Assembly: GCA_015492645.1 (NCBI GenBank)
Contig: WGER01000068.1
Location: 23,605-87,604 of the forward strand
DNA from: Nitrospirota bacterium
GTDB lineage: Bacteria; Nitrospirota; Thermodesulfovibrionia; Thermodesulfovibrionales; JdFR-85
DNA: 64,000 nt
Direction: 5' to 3'
In this document: in pieces, positions 46,671 to 54,461 of the stretch
Layout: the number at the start of each line of letters is the position of its first letter
How positions within the stretch are numbered: the first letter of the stretch is position 1
Position numbers and translations under genes: made by a program
Notes under the pieces: model-generated
What the model saw: only the letters and a program-made list of their open reading frames with translations
What the model was told of the DNA's origin: nothing
Database searches by the model: none

Positions 46671-47868
46671 ATTAGACCTCAGAGGGGTCGTTGAGATTAG
46701 ATGTGGCTCCGTGGTCTATTTTGGACCAGGCTCTGTAAAGAGACTGGAGGGTATTCTCGAGTATTACAAAAAGAAGGGGATCAGAAGGGTGGCCGTGGTG
46801 ACAGGGAGGAGTTCCTACCTGAGAAGCGGTGCCTGGGATATCATCAGGTCCATAATAGAGTCCCTTAAGATGGAGTACCTCCACTATGATGGTGTGGAGC
46901 CAAATCCAACAGTGGATCATATAGATGAGGCTGTTGCGAGGCTGAGCCCGATAGAGCCGCAGTTGGTTATCGGGATTGGTGGAGGTAGCCCGCTGGATGT
47001 CTCAAAGGCGGTGGCTGTACTGCTGAAGTATCCGGGTGAAAACGGCCGAAGGCTCTACTCCGAGGAATTTACTCCCCTGGAGGCGCTTCCAGTGGTGGCA
47101 GTCAATCTTACTCATGGTACAGGCTCTGAGGTAGATCGGTATGCGGTAGCCACAATCCCTGAGGAACGGGACAAGTCAGGTATAGGTTATGACTGCATGT
47201 ATCCAGAGTACTCTGTGGATGACCCTGAACTGACCATCACACTTGACGCCAGACAGACCCTTTATACCACACTGGATACCCTTAACCATGTGATCGAGGC
47301 ATCCACAACCAGGATTGCCAGCGCCTATACGGTTATGCTGGCTACTGAAACGGTTAGGCTCATTAGCCAATATCTGCAGAAGGCGCTGAAGGACCCACAG
47401 GACATAGAGGCCAGATACTGGCTTCTTTACGCCTCCCTCCTCGGTGGGATCGCTATTGACTGCTCGGTGGTCCATATCACCCATCCCCTGGAGCATACCA
47501 TCAGTGCCTTCAAACCAGAAGTGGAGCATGGGCTGGGGCTTAGCATACTGCTGCCATCGGTCCTCAAGGTGATATATCCAGCAAGGCCAAAGACCCTGGC
47601 CACAGTATTAGCACCAATTATACCCGGCCTGAAGGGAGACCCCTCAGAGACAAAAAGGGTGGTACTTTCAATGTATGAATGGCTTGGTGGTATGGGGCTC
47701 ACCCAGAGACTCAGTGATCTTGGCTTTGGAGAGAACGATGTTCCGGAGATGGTGAGATACCTTCTCCGGAGTCAGGAGGGTGGTGGTAGCCTCACACTCT
47801 CACCCGTTCCAGTAACTGAGGAACTGATCAGCCAGATTTACAGGGAGGCACTCTATCCATTGAAGTAA
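46657..47868 (+). CDS. Iron-containing (group III) alcohol dehydrogenase family protein
   Basis: GIGGGSPLDVSKAVA (the GGGS NAD-binding motif), plus metal-binding His contexts HVIE and HITHPLEH. I prefer ATG 46657 (MYLGELDL...), which overlaps the aconitase stop by 14 nt; the track start is 46612. Confidence 0.8.
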   Translation: MYLGELDLRGVVEIRCGSVVYFGPGSVKRLEGILEYYKKKGIRRVAVVTGRSSYLRSGAWDIIRSIIESLKMEYLHYDGVEPNPTVDHIDEAVARLSPIEPQLVIGIGGGSPLDVSKAVAVLLKYPGENGRRLYSEEFTPLEALPVVAVNLTHGTGSEVDRYAVATIPEERDKSGIGYDCMYPEYSVDDPELTITLDARQTLYTTLDTLNHVIEASTTRIASAYTVMLATETVRLISQYLQKALKDPQDIEARYWLLYASLLGGIAIDCSVVHITHPLEHTISAFKPEVEHGLGLSILLPSVLKVIYPARPKTLATVLAPIIPGLKGDPSETKRVVLSMYEWLGGMGLTQRLSDLGFGENDVPEMVRYLLRSQEGGGSLTLSPVPVTEELISQIYREALYPLK

Positions 47869-47943
47869 TGGCTGGGGCGGGAGGATTCGAACCTCCAAAT
47901 GGGAGATCCAAAGTCTCCTGCCTTACCCTTTGGCTACGCCCCA
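47869..47943 (-). tRNA. tRNA-Gln (anticodon UUG), CCA encoded
   Basis: The reverse complement reads TGGGGCGTAGCCAAAGGGTAAGGCAGGAGACTTTGGATCTCCCATTTGGAGGTTCGAATCCTCCCGCCCCAGCCA. The acceptor stem is TGGGGCG/CGCCCCA. The anticodon stem-loop is GGAGA-CTTTGGA-TCTCC. The T-arm is GGAGGTTCGAATCCTCC. The U1-A72 pair is typical of bacterial tRNA-Gln. Confidence 0.9.
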
Positions 47944-47952
47944 TCTAAATCA

Positions 47953-47961
47953 ATTATATCA
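47953..47961 (-). promoter_or_regulatory. Putative extended -10 promoter of tRNA-Gln
   Basis: Minus strand reads TGATATAAT (47961-47953), about 10 nt upstream of the mature tRNA 5' end (47943). Confidence 0.5.
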
Positions 47962-48119
47962 CAGAGAAATACCCTGAGTGTAACCTCACGAAAGGTTCTT
48001 CTTCAATTTGGTTGGTTTCAGAAAAGGTATTTTTGATTACAAAGTTGTGAAATATTCAATCTTTAACTTGGAATTCCCCGTGCTCATGCCACTGGGATGA
48101 AATGCTGTAATAACCACCA

Positions 48120-48347
48120 GGCCGCCCTGCTTCAGAACATGATTTATGCGACAGATTTTATCCATAAAAAGTCCAATGTCTTATCAGGTAGTGTTGAAGG
48201 TTATTATTTTGTCAGAGGCACTGTCGGTGTCGCTGAAATCCCTGATTTTTCAGCAGGGCGGCCTATCCTAATTTTTCAGGAAAAGATACCTCGTGGTCTT
48301 GCCACAGGGTAGTCCATTTGACCAAAATTCTACTCGCAATTAGGGAT
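48120..48347 (+). repeat. Intergenic mosaic repeat, locus D (M4 - M1 - degenerate M2 - M3)
   Basis: M4 is GCTTCAGAACATGATTTATGCGACAGATTTTATCC (from 48129). M1 is AGGCACTGTCGGTGTCGCTGAAATCCCTGATTTTTCAGCAGGG (48216-48258), containing hairpin GCTGAAA/TTTCAGC. M3 is CATTTGACCAAAATTCTACTCGCAATTAGGGAT (48315-48347). Confidence 0.75.
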
Positions 48348-48380
48348 ATTTTATGGAGTGGGTCAGAAAGGCGAGAGGTT

Positions 48381-48389
48381 TGATATAAT
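48381..48389 (+). promoter_or_regulatory. Putative extended -10 promoter of trkA operon (near-leaderless)
   Basis: TGATATAAT at 48381-48389, 8 nt before ATG 48398. No Shine-Dalgarno sequence. It is the same nonamer as the tRNA-Gln promoter. Confidence 0.5.
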
Positions 48390-48397
48390 CATTACCT

Positions 48398-49744
48398 ATG
48401 AGGGTGATCATAATAGGCGCAGGAGAGGTGGGTTATCATCTGGCGAGGTTCCTCTCCAGGGAGAGGGATGTAGAGGTGGTTGTGGTTGACACTGACAGCC
48501 AGAAACTGAGGAGGATCAGTGAAGAGATGGATATTGCCACCATAGAGGGTGAGGGTGGTTCGCCTGAGGTCCTGAGGGAGGCAGGTGCAGATGATGCCGA
48601 TATACTGCTGGCTGTGACAAACAGTGATGAGACGAACATGATCGCCTGTCTTGTTGCGAAGGCCCTCTTCAATGTAAAGAGAAAGATCGCCAGGATAAGG
48701 AACCGAGAGTACTATACAAACCAGAAGTTGCTTTCACCAGAGAATCTCGATATAAACCCGGCCATAAATCCCGAGTATGAGAGTGCAAAGGCGATACTCA
48801 GGTTGATAGATGTCCCCTTCGCATACGATGTGGAGGAGTTTGAGAATGGTCAGATCAAGGTGCTCGGGCTTAAGGTTGAGGAGGACTCGATAATAACGGG
48901 CAGGAGTCTGAGGGAGTTCCGTGAGAAGACAAAGGAGAATCTATTAATAGGGATAATACAGAGGGAGGACAGGGCGATCATACCAAGGGGTGATGACAGG
49001 GTGAAAATGGGTGACATCATCTACCTGCCTGTACACAAAGATGATGTGGAGAGGGTGGGTGCATTCCTTACCAAGGGACCCAAGGTGGTGAGGAAACTAA
49101 TGATTGTGGGTGGTGGGAGGATAGGCTTTACCGTGGCATCAGAACTGCAGGGTAGAGATATAACGGTAAAATTGATAGAGAAGGATCCTGAAAGGTGTAA
49201 GTACATATCCAAGAGGCTCAAGAACATTATAGTCCTTCAGGGTGATGGCTCAGACAGGGGTCTTCTGGAGGAAGAAAACATCCGGGACATGGACCTGTTT
49301 GTTGCCCTCAGTAACAATGAAGAACTGAACATCATGTCCTCGCTGCTTGCAAAGAGGCTTGGTGTAAAGAAGGTAATAACCCTGGTAAACAGGACGGACT
49401 ACATCACCCTTGCCAACAACCTGGGCATTGAGGTCGTTATCAGTCCGAGGCTCATCACTGCCAGCAGGATACTCAGATATGTGAGGAGGGGAGATATACT
49501 GAGTCTGACTGCTATCGCTGAGGACATGGCGGAGATCATTGAGGCTAAGGTGGCTGGGGGCTCCAGGTTTGTGGGTAGACCTCTGAAGGATGTCGGTCTA
49601 CCAAGGGATGCCCTGGTAGGGGCGATAGTGAGAGGGATGGAGGTCATAATCCCTGGTGGTGAAGATGCGGTAAGACCAGAGGATCGTCTCATAATCTTTA
49701 CCCTCAGGGAGGCGATCAAGGCGGTGGAAGAGTTTCTCCTATGA
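48398..49744 (+). CDS. trkA: Trk potassium uptake system NAD-binding subunit (tandem RCK domains)
   Basis: MRVIIIGAGEVGYHLARFL, and a second Rossmann fold at LMIVGGGRIGFTVA. 448 aa. Confidence 0.9.
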   Translation: MRVIIIGAGEVGYHLARFLSRERDVEVVVVDTDSQKLRRISEEMDIATIEGEGGSPEVLREAGADDADILLAVTNSDETNMIACLVAKALFNVKRKIARIRNREYYTNQKLLSPENLDINPAINPEYESAKAILRLIDVPFAYDVEEFENGQIKVLGLKVEEDSIITGRSLREFREKTKENLLIGIIQREDRAIIPRGDDRVKMGDIIYLPVHKDDVERVGAFLTKGPKVVRKLMIVGGGRIGFTVASELQGRDITVKLIEKDPERCKYISKRLKNIIVLQGDGSDRGLLEEENIRDMDLFVALSNNEELNIMSSLLAKRLGVKKVITLVNRTDYITLANNLGIEVVISPRLITASRILRYVRRGDILSLTAIAEDMAEIIEAKVAGGSRFVGRPLKDVGLPRDALVGAIVRGMEVIIPGGEDAVRPEDRLIIFTLREAIKAVEEFLL

Positions 49745-51186
49745 GATACAGGGGTATCTTCAATCTCCTGGGGATTGTCCTGCTCCTGGAGTCTGTCTTC
49801 CTGGCCATTTCACTCCTTGTCTCTGTACTGTTTGGTGAGGATCCCCTGCCACTGCTCTATACATTCGGCCTTACATTTGTGGCAGGCCTGTGTCTTTTCC
49901 TGTTTACAGGTGGCAGGGGTGCAGTTGAGATCATGCACAGGGAGGGTTTCCTTACAGTGACCCTCAGTTGGCTCTTTGTTGCGTTATTTGGAAGCCTTCC
50001 CTACATCTTCTCTGGCACCTTTGAGACCTTTACTGATGCCTATTTTGAGGCGATGGCAGGGTTTACCACCACGGGTTCCTCTGTGATGACCGACATCGAG
50101 GGTGTACCAAAGGGGATACTCTTCTGGAGGAGCATCACCCAGTGGCTCGGGGGTATGGGAGTGGTCCTATTCTCCTTAGCGATTATGCCCCTGATAGGAG
50201 GGGGTCTCCAGTTGTTTAAGGCAGAGGTGCCAGAGATTATGGTGGAGAAACTGAGGCCGAGACTCATCGACACAGCAAAGTCCCTCTGGTATATCTACAC
50301 AACTCTCACAGTCCTTGCCATGGTGCTATACATGCTCGGTGGTATGGATATCTACAATGCGTTATGTCATGCCTTTACCACACTTGCGACAGGGGGCTTC
50401 TCAACCCTTAACACAAGCATAAAGGGGTTTAACAGTGCCTACATAGAGACAGTGGCCACGATATTCATGTTTCTGGCCGGTGTAAATTACTCTCTGTATT
50501 TTTATGCCATGAGGAAGGGTGAGTTCTCCAGGTTTCTCAGGAGTGAGGAGTTCAGGTTCTACCTCTGGATAACCATACTGGCTGTACTGACAACAACGAT
50601 CAGTATATGGGGAGATGTCTACGACTCCCTCATAGAGGCCCTTCGCTATGCCTCATTTCAGGTTGTCTCTCTCATGACCACCACTGGATATGCCACTGCA
50701 GATTATGAGGGATGGCCCTATCTTGTACAGGCCCTCTTCGTTGTGCTCATGTTTTTTGGTGGAATGATAGGTTCCACCGGTGGCGGGATAAAACAGGTGA
50801 GGGTGTTACTCGCCTTCAAACAGGTCTATCGGGAACTCTACCAACTGATCCATCCCAGGGCGGTCACGGTGATCAAACTGGATGACAGACATATACCAAA
50901 GGAGGTGCTGGGCGGTATCTGGGGTTTTGTATTTCTCTTTCTGAGCATCTGGGTCTCAGGGACCCTCCTGCTGAGCGGGACAGGTCTGGATCTGGTTACA
51001 TCCGCATCAGCAGTTGCTTCGGCAGTGTGTAATGTGGGACCTGCCCTTGGCCTGGTAGGACCTACTGACAACTACTTCGGTCTATCGCCTCTTGCCAAAT
51101 GGATACTTGTGTTCTGTATGCTTGCCGGAAGACTTGAGGTGTATACGGTTATGGTACTCGTTGTACCACAGTTCTGGAGGAGGTGA
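49741..51186 (+). CDS. trkH: Trk/Ktr-type potassium transporter membrane subunit
   Basis: Four pore-loop motifs: FTTTGSSV, TLATGGFST, LMTTTGYAT and VCNVGPALG. 481 aa. The start overlaps the trkA stop. Confidence 0.9.
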   Translation: MRYRGIFNLLGIVLLLESVFLAISLLVSVLFGEDPLPLLYTFGLTFVAGLCLFLFTGGRGAVEIMHREGFLTVTLSWLFVALFGSLPYIFSGTFETFTDAYFEAMAGFTTTGSSVMTDIEGVPKGILFWRSITQWLGGMGVVLFSLAIMPLIGGGLQLFKAEVPEIMVEKLRPRLIDTAKSLWYIYTTLTVLAMVLYMLGGMDIYNALCHAFTTLATGGFSTLNTSIKGFNSAYIETVATIFMFLAGVNYSLYFYAMRKGEFSRFLRSEEFRFYLWITILAVLTTTISIWGDVYDSLIEALRYASFQVVSLMTTTGYATADYEGWPYLVQALFVVLMFFGGMIGSTGGGIKQVRVLLAFKQVYRELYQLIHPRAVTVIKLDDRHIPKEVLGGIWGFVFLFLSIWVSGTLLLSGTGLDLVTSASAVASAVCNVGPALGLVGPTDNYFGLSPLAKWILVFCMLAGRLEVYTVMVLVVPQFWRR

Positions 51187-52415
51187 TGAAGAGGTGGCTC
51201 TTTACAGGACTGCTACTGGTGGTAGTACTCACCGTTGCACTCCTGTACCTTAGGAAGACCCAATACATTACAGTAAAGGTGCAGAGGTTGGAGAGAGGCC
51301 CCTTTGAGGTCACTGTTGGGTCCACGCAGACGGGTTCAGTGAAGACGGACCTCCTGTACCACATCTCACCGGAAAGGCAGGGCAAGGTGATCAGGGTCCT
51401 ATTCAAGGAGGGAGGGTTTGTGAGCCGGGGTAGCGTTATGGTGGAGTTGGACAGAAAGGACGTGTTGTTGAGATTAAGCGCTATCAAGCAGAGGATAGAG
51501 GCGAAACAGCAGGAGATAGCCTCCATGAGGATAATGATAGAGTCTCTCAGAAAGACCTCAGAGCAGGCGATCCTTAAGGCAGAGGCCCACCTGAAAGAGG
51601 CCGAACAGAGGTGGCAGAGGTACAGGGAATTATACAGGAAAGGGTTTGTATCAGAGATGAAACTGATGGAGGCTGAAAGGGCCTACCGGGTTACCCTCGC
51701 CTCATACAGGGAAGCAGAGGCGAGAACTGAAGAGGTTGAGATAAAAGAGAGGCAACTGGAGGCCCAGCAGAAACTTCTTGAGGCCCTGAGAAAGGAAAAG
51801 GAAACTGTAGAAAGGGACCTGGAGAGGTCCTACATCAGATCGCCAGTGGATGGTGTGGTGTTGAGCAGGTCTGTTCAGGTGGGTGATGTGGTATCCCCTG
51901 GCAGAGTCCTTGCTGAGATTGCTGTCCTGGACGGGATGTATGTGGAGGCGAAGATAGATGAGGCCGATATCGGAACTGTCGACCTGGGACAGGAGGTCCA
52001 TATAACAATGGATGCCTATCCTGACAGGGTCTTCAGGGGCAGGATTGGCTTCATATCTCCGGTTGTTCTCGGCAAGAGGCTTGAGGCGCGGACCTTTACA
52101 GTGAGGGTCTACTTTGATGAACCACCTGAGAGGATCAGACCGGGCATGTCTGCTGATGTGGAGATTGTGACTGCCAGAAAGGATGACGCCCTTGTGGTCC
52201 CCACCCAGGCCGTGGTGGAGGCAGACAGCAAGCGGTTCGTCTACAGGGTGGTGGATGAAAGGGCGGTCCTTACGGAGGTGACCATCGGGACCTACTCATG
52301 GAGGTACACAGAGGTGATAAGGGGTCTCCATGAAGGGGATTTGGTTATAATAAATCCTGATGTCCCGGGACTTCACCATAATGCGAGGGTGAAGGTGATG
52401 TATGAATCCAGTTGA
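51186..52415 (+). CDS. HlyD/MacA-type periplasmic membrane-fusion (adaptor) protein; no cognate pump gene adjacent
   Basis: An N-terminal TM segment, a long coiled coil (EAHLKEAEQRWQRYRELYRKGFVSEMKLMEAERAYRVTLASYREAEAR...), then IRSPVDGVVLSRSVQVGDVV and RPGMSADVEIV beta-barrel motifs. ATG 51186 overlaps the trkH stop (TGATG). Confidence 0.75.
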   Translation: MKRWLFTGLLLVVVLTVALLYLRKTQYITVKVQRLERGPFEVTVGSTQTGSVKTDLLYHISPERQGKVIRVLFKEGGFVSRGSVMVELDRKDVLLRLSAIKQRIEAKQQEIASMRIMIESLRKTSEQAILKAEAHLKEAEQRWQRYRELYRKGFVSEMKLMEAERAYRVTLASYREAEARTEEVEIKERQLEAQQKLLEALRKEKETVERDLERSYIRSPVDGVVLSRSVQVGDVVSPGRVLAEIAVLDGMYVEAKIDEADIGTVDLGQEVHITMDAYPDRVFRGRIGFISPVVLGKRLEARTFTVRVYFDEPPERIRPGMSADVEIVTARKDDALVVPTQAVVEADSKRFVYRVVDERAVLTEVTIGTYSWRYTEVIRGLHEGDLVIINPDVPGLHHNARVKVMYESS

Positions 52416-53187
52416 GGTGTACAGACATCTACCAAAGACAAACTGTGGAAGATGTGGCCTGAGCACCTGTATGGCCTTTGCAGTGAGCCTCTGCCGGGGA
52501 GAGGCAAAGGTGAAGGACTGTCCGTTCCTTGGACAGGAGGAGAGGGCACTGCTGAACAGGGTTCGCCCCTTTGACTGGAAGAGGGAGTTGATTAATAAAA
52601 TGAGAGAAGAGGCAAGTCGTCTGGACTTTGCTGGGATATGCGACAGGATAGGGGCTGTACTGCAGGAGGACGGTTCACTGAGGCTCACCTGCCTGGGAAG
52701 ACCGTACAGGGTTACACCAGAGGGGGATGTCCTTGCTGAGGATGGAAGAGATGTAAATCCCTGGGTGAATATCCTCATACTCCATTATCTGAGATCCGGT
52801 GGTAGTGGGAACCCCACGGGTAAATGGGTCGACTTCTCTGAGTTAAAGTCAGGGATGTTGAAGGTGGCATCCTTCAGGAGGGACTGTGAAGAACCTCTCG
52901 GGGAACTCTTTGATAAGTACAGGGCCGGGGTGGAAGAAGCACTCCAGTTGCTGGGCGCAGTGAGGGTCAAAGATGCACCAACGGCGGATGCCTGGGTCTA
53001 CTATATCCTCCCTAAGGTTCCCCTTCTGCTTCTTTACTGGCCAGGGGAGGATGGTGAAGGGAGTAGGTTAAAGATCCTTTGGGACAGTTCTGCTGACAGG
53101 TTCCTTGATGTGGAGTCTCTGATCTTTGCTACAGAGGGGCTTGTACATACCATACAGGGGTTATTGAGAGGAAGGGTGAAGAAATGA
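52402..53187 (+). CDS. DUF3786 domain protein with N-terminal putative 4Fe-4S binding domain (CdhE/AcsC-like FeS motif)
   Basis: N-terminus LPKTNCGRCGLSTCMAFAVSLCRGEAKVKDCPF (Cx2Cx4C...C), as found at the N-terminus of the corrinoid/Fe-S protein large subunit. The rest matches my recollection of the DUF3786 pattern (YLRSGGSGNPTGKWVDFSEL...LLLLYWPGEDGEG). Confidence 0.6.
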   Translation: MNPVEVYRHLPKTNCGRCGLSTCMAFAVSLCRGEAKVKDCPFLGQEERALLNRVRPFDWKRELINKMREEASRLDFAGICDRIGAVLQEDGSLRLTCLGRPYRVTPEGDVLAEDGRDVNPWVNILILHYLRSGGSGNPTGKWVDFSELKSGMLKVASFRRDCEEPLGELFDKYRAGVEEALQLLGAVRVKDAPTADAWVYYILPKVPLLLLYWPGEDGEGSRLKILWDSSADRFLDVESLIFATEGLVHTIQGLLRGRVKK

Positions 53188-54461
53188 GGAGACTTCGGAG
53201 ATGGCTTTTAATACTCTCGCTTCCTTTAATTGCGATTGTTGTCGCCTATGTGGTCTATAAACTCTTTCTTGTTCCTCCTCCAAAGGTGACAGGAACAGAG
53301 GCCTTTGTGACCCTTGGAAGAGAAAAGACCGTCACATTAAAGGGAGAGAACATCAAAAGGATAGAGATAGCCCTGGTTCAGGGTTCCAAGAGGGTGAGTA
53401 TCCTGAGGGACTCACCAAGAAAGGGAGAGGTTACCTATGAGTTAAGGATCAGACCAAAAGACCTCGGGCTTATGGACGCCCCGGCCAGGGTGATTGTGGA
53501 TGCCTCTTCAGGGATATTGAAGAAGGTCCACATGGAGATTGACACTGTAATTGACACTGTCCCGCCACAAATGGATGTCCTCGATGCACCGGGAGTGGTA
53601 AGTACAGGAGAGGCGGCAGTGGTGACACTTCAGGTGAAGGGTGCCTCTGATGTAAACCTCTGGTTGGGGGAAATGGGGTTCAGGGCCTTTCCTGTTGGTG
53701 AGGACAGATATGTGTGCATATTCCCTGTACCCCACAACACAGGGACAGATACCACAATATACGCTGCTGCAGAGGACGATGCCGGAAACAGGACCGTGAG
53801 GTCTCTGAATATAAGGATAAGGCGGAAGAACTATCGGGTGTCCACCATCACAATAGATGATGAATTCATGCAGAGGGTTGTCTATCCATTGCTCGGAAAG
53901 ATGAACTCTGATGATCCGGTCAGGGATTTCAAAGAGGTGAACGAGGTCTGGAGACAGAGGGATATCCAGAGGCTCAGACAGATAGGTGCCAAGAGTACCT
54001 CAGAGAGGCTCTGGAGAGGGAGGTTCCTGCAGATGCAGAACAGCAAGGTGATGGCAAGGTATGGAGACATGAGATATTACAGATACAGAGGTGAGGTGAT
54101 AAGCAGCAGCGTCCACCTCGGTTATGACCTCGCATCTGTGAAGGCTGCCCCTGTGGAGGCAGCCAACAGGGGCAGGGTGGTCTTTGCAGGCACCCTCGGC
54201 ATATATGGCAATACCGTAATTATTGATCACGGCCTCGGTGTGATGAGCCTGTATGGACATCTCTCCAGGATTATGGTGAAGGAGGGCGAGGAAGTGGAAA
54301 GGGGTAGCATAGTGGGAAGAACGGGGGCGACTGGTTTTGCAGGAGGAGATCACCTCCATTTCGGAATCCTTGTACAGGGTGTCGAGGTCTCACCCCTTTA
54401 CTGGTGGGACAAGAGGTGGCTTAAACAGAGGATTGTTGATAGACTCAGAGATGTTACTTGA
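53184..54461 (+). CDS. Membrane-anchored M23 family metallopeptidase
   Basis: N-terminal TM segment LLILSLPLIAIVVAYVVYKLF. The C-terminal LytM domain has HLGYDLAS, GNTVIIDHGLGVMSLYGHLS and GATGFAGGDHLHFGI (HxxxD ... HxH). Confidence 0.8.
   Translation: MRRLRRWLLILSLPLIAIVVAYVVYKLFLVPPPKVTGTEAFVTLGREKTVTLKGENIKRIEIALVQGSKRVSILRDSPRKGEVTYELRIRPKDLGLMDAPARVIVDASSGILKKVHMEIDTVIDTVPPQMDVLDAPGVVSTGEAAVVTLQVKGASDVNLWLGEMGFRAFPVGEDRYVCIFPVPHNTGTDTTIYAAAEDDAGNRTVRSLNIRIRRKNYRVSTITIDDEFMQRVVYPLLGKMNSDDPVRDFKEVNEVWRQRDIQRLRQIGAKSTSERLWRGRFLQMQNSKVMARYGDMRYYRYRGEVISSSVHLGYDLASVKAAPVEAANRGRVVFAGTLGIYGNTVIIDHGLGVMSLYGHLSRIMVKEGEEVERGSIVGRTGATGFAGGDHLHFGILVQGVEVSPLYWWDKRWLKQRIVDRLRDVT

Noticed and set aside
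47944-48120. Genomic island or integration site next to tRNA-Gln.
   Set aside because: I noticed no second copy of the tRNA 3' half (GGTTCGAATCCTCC...) elsewhere in the window. No integrase is present, and the flanking genes (ADH and trkA) are ordinary chromosomal genes.
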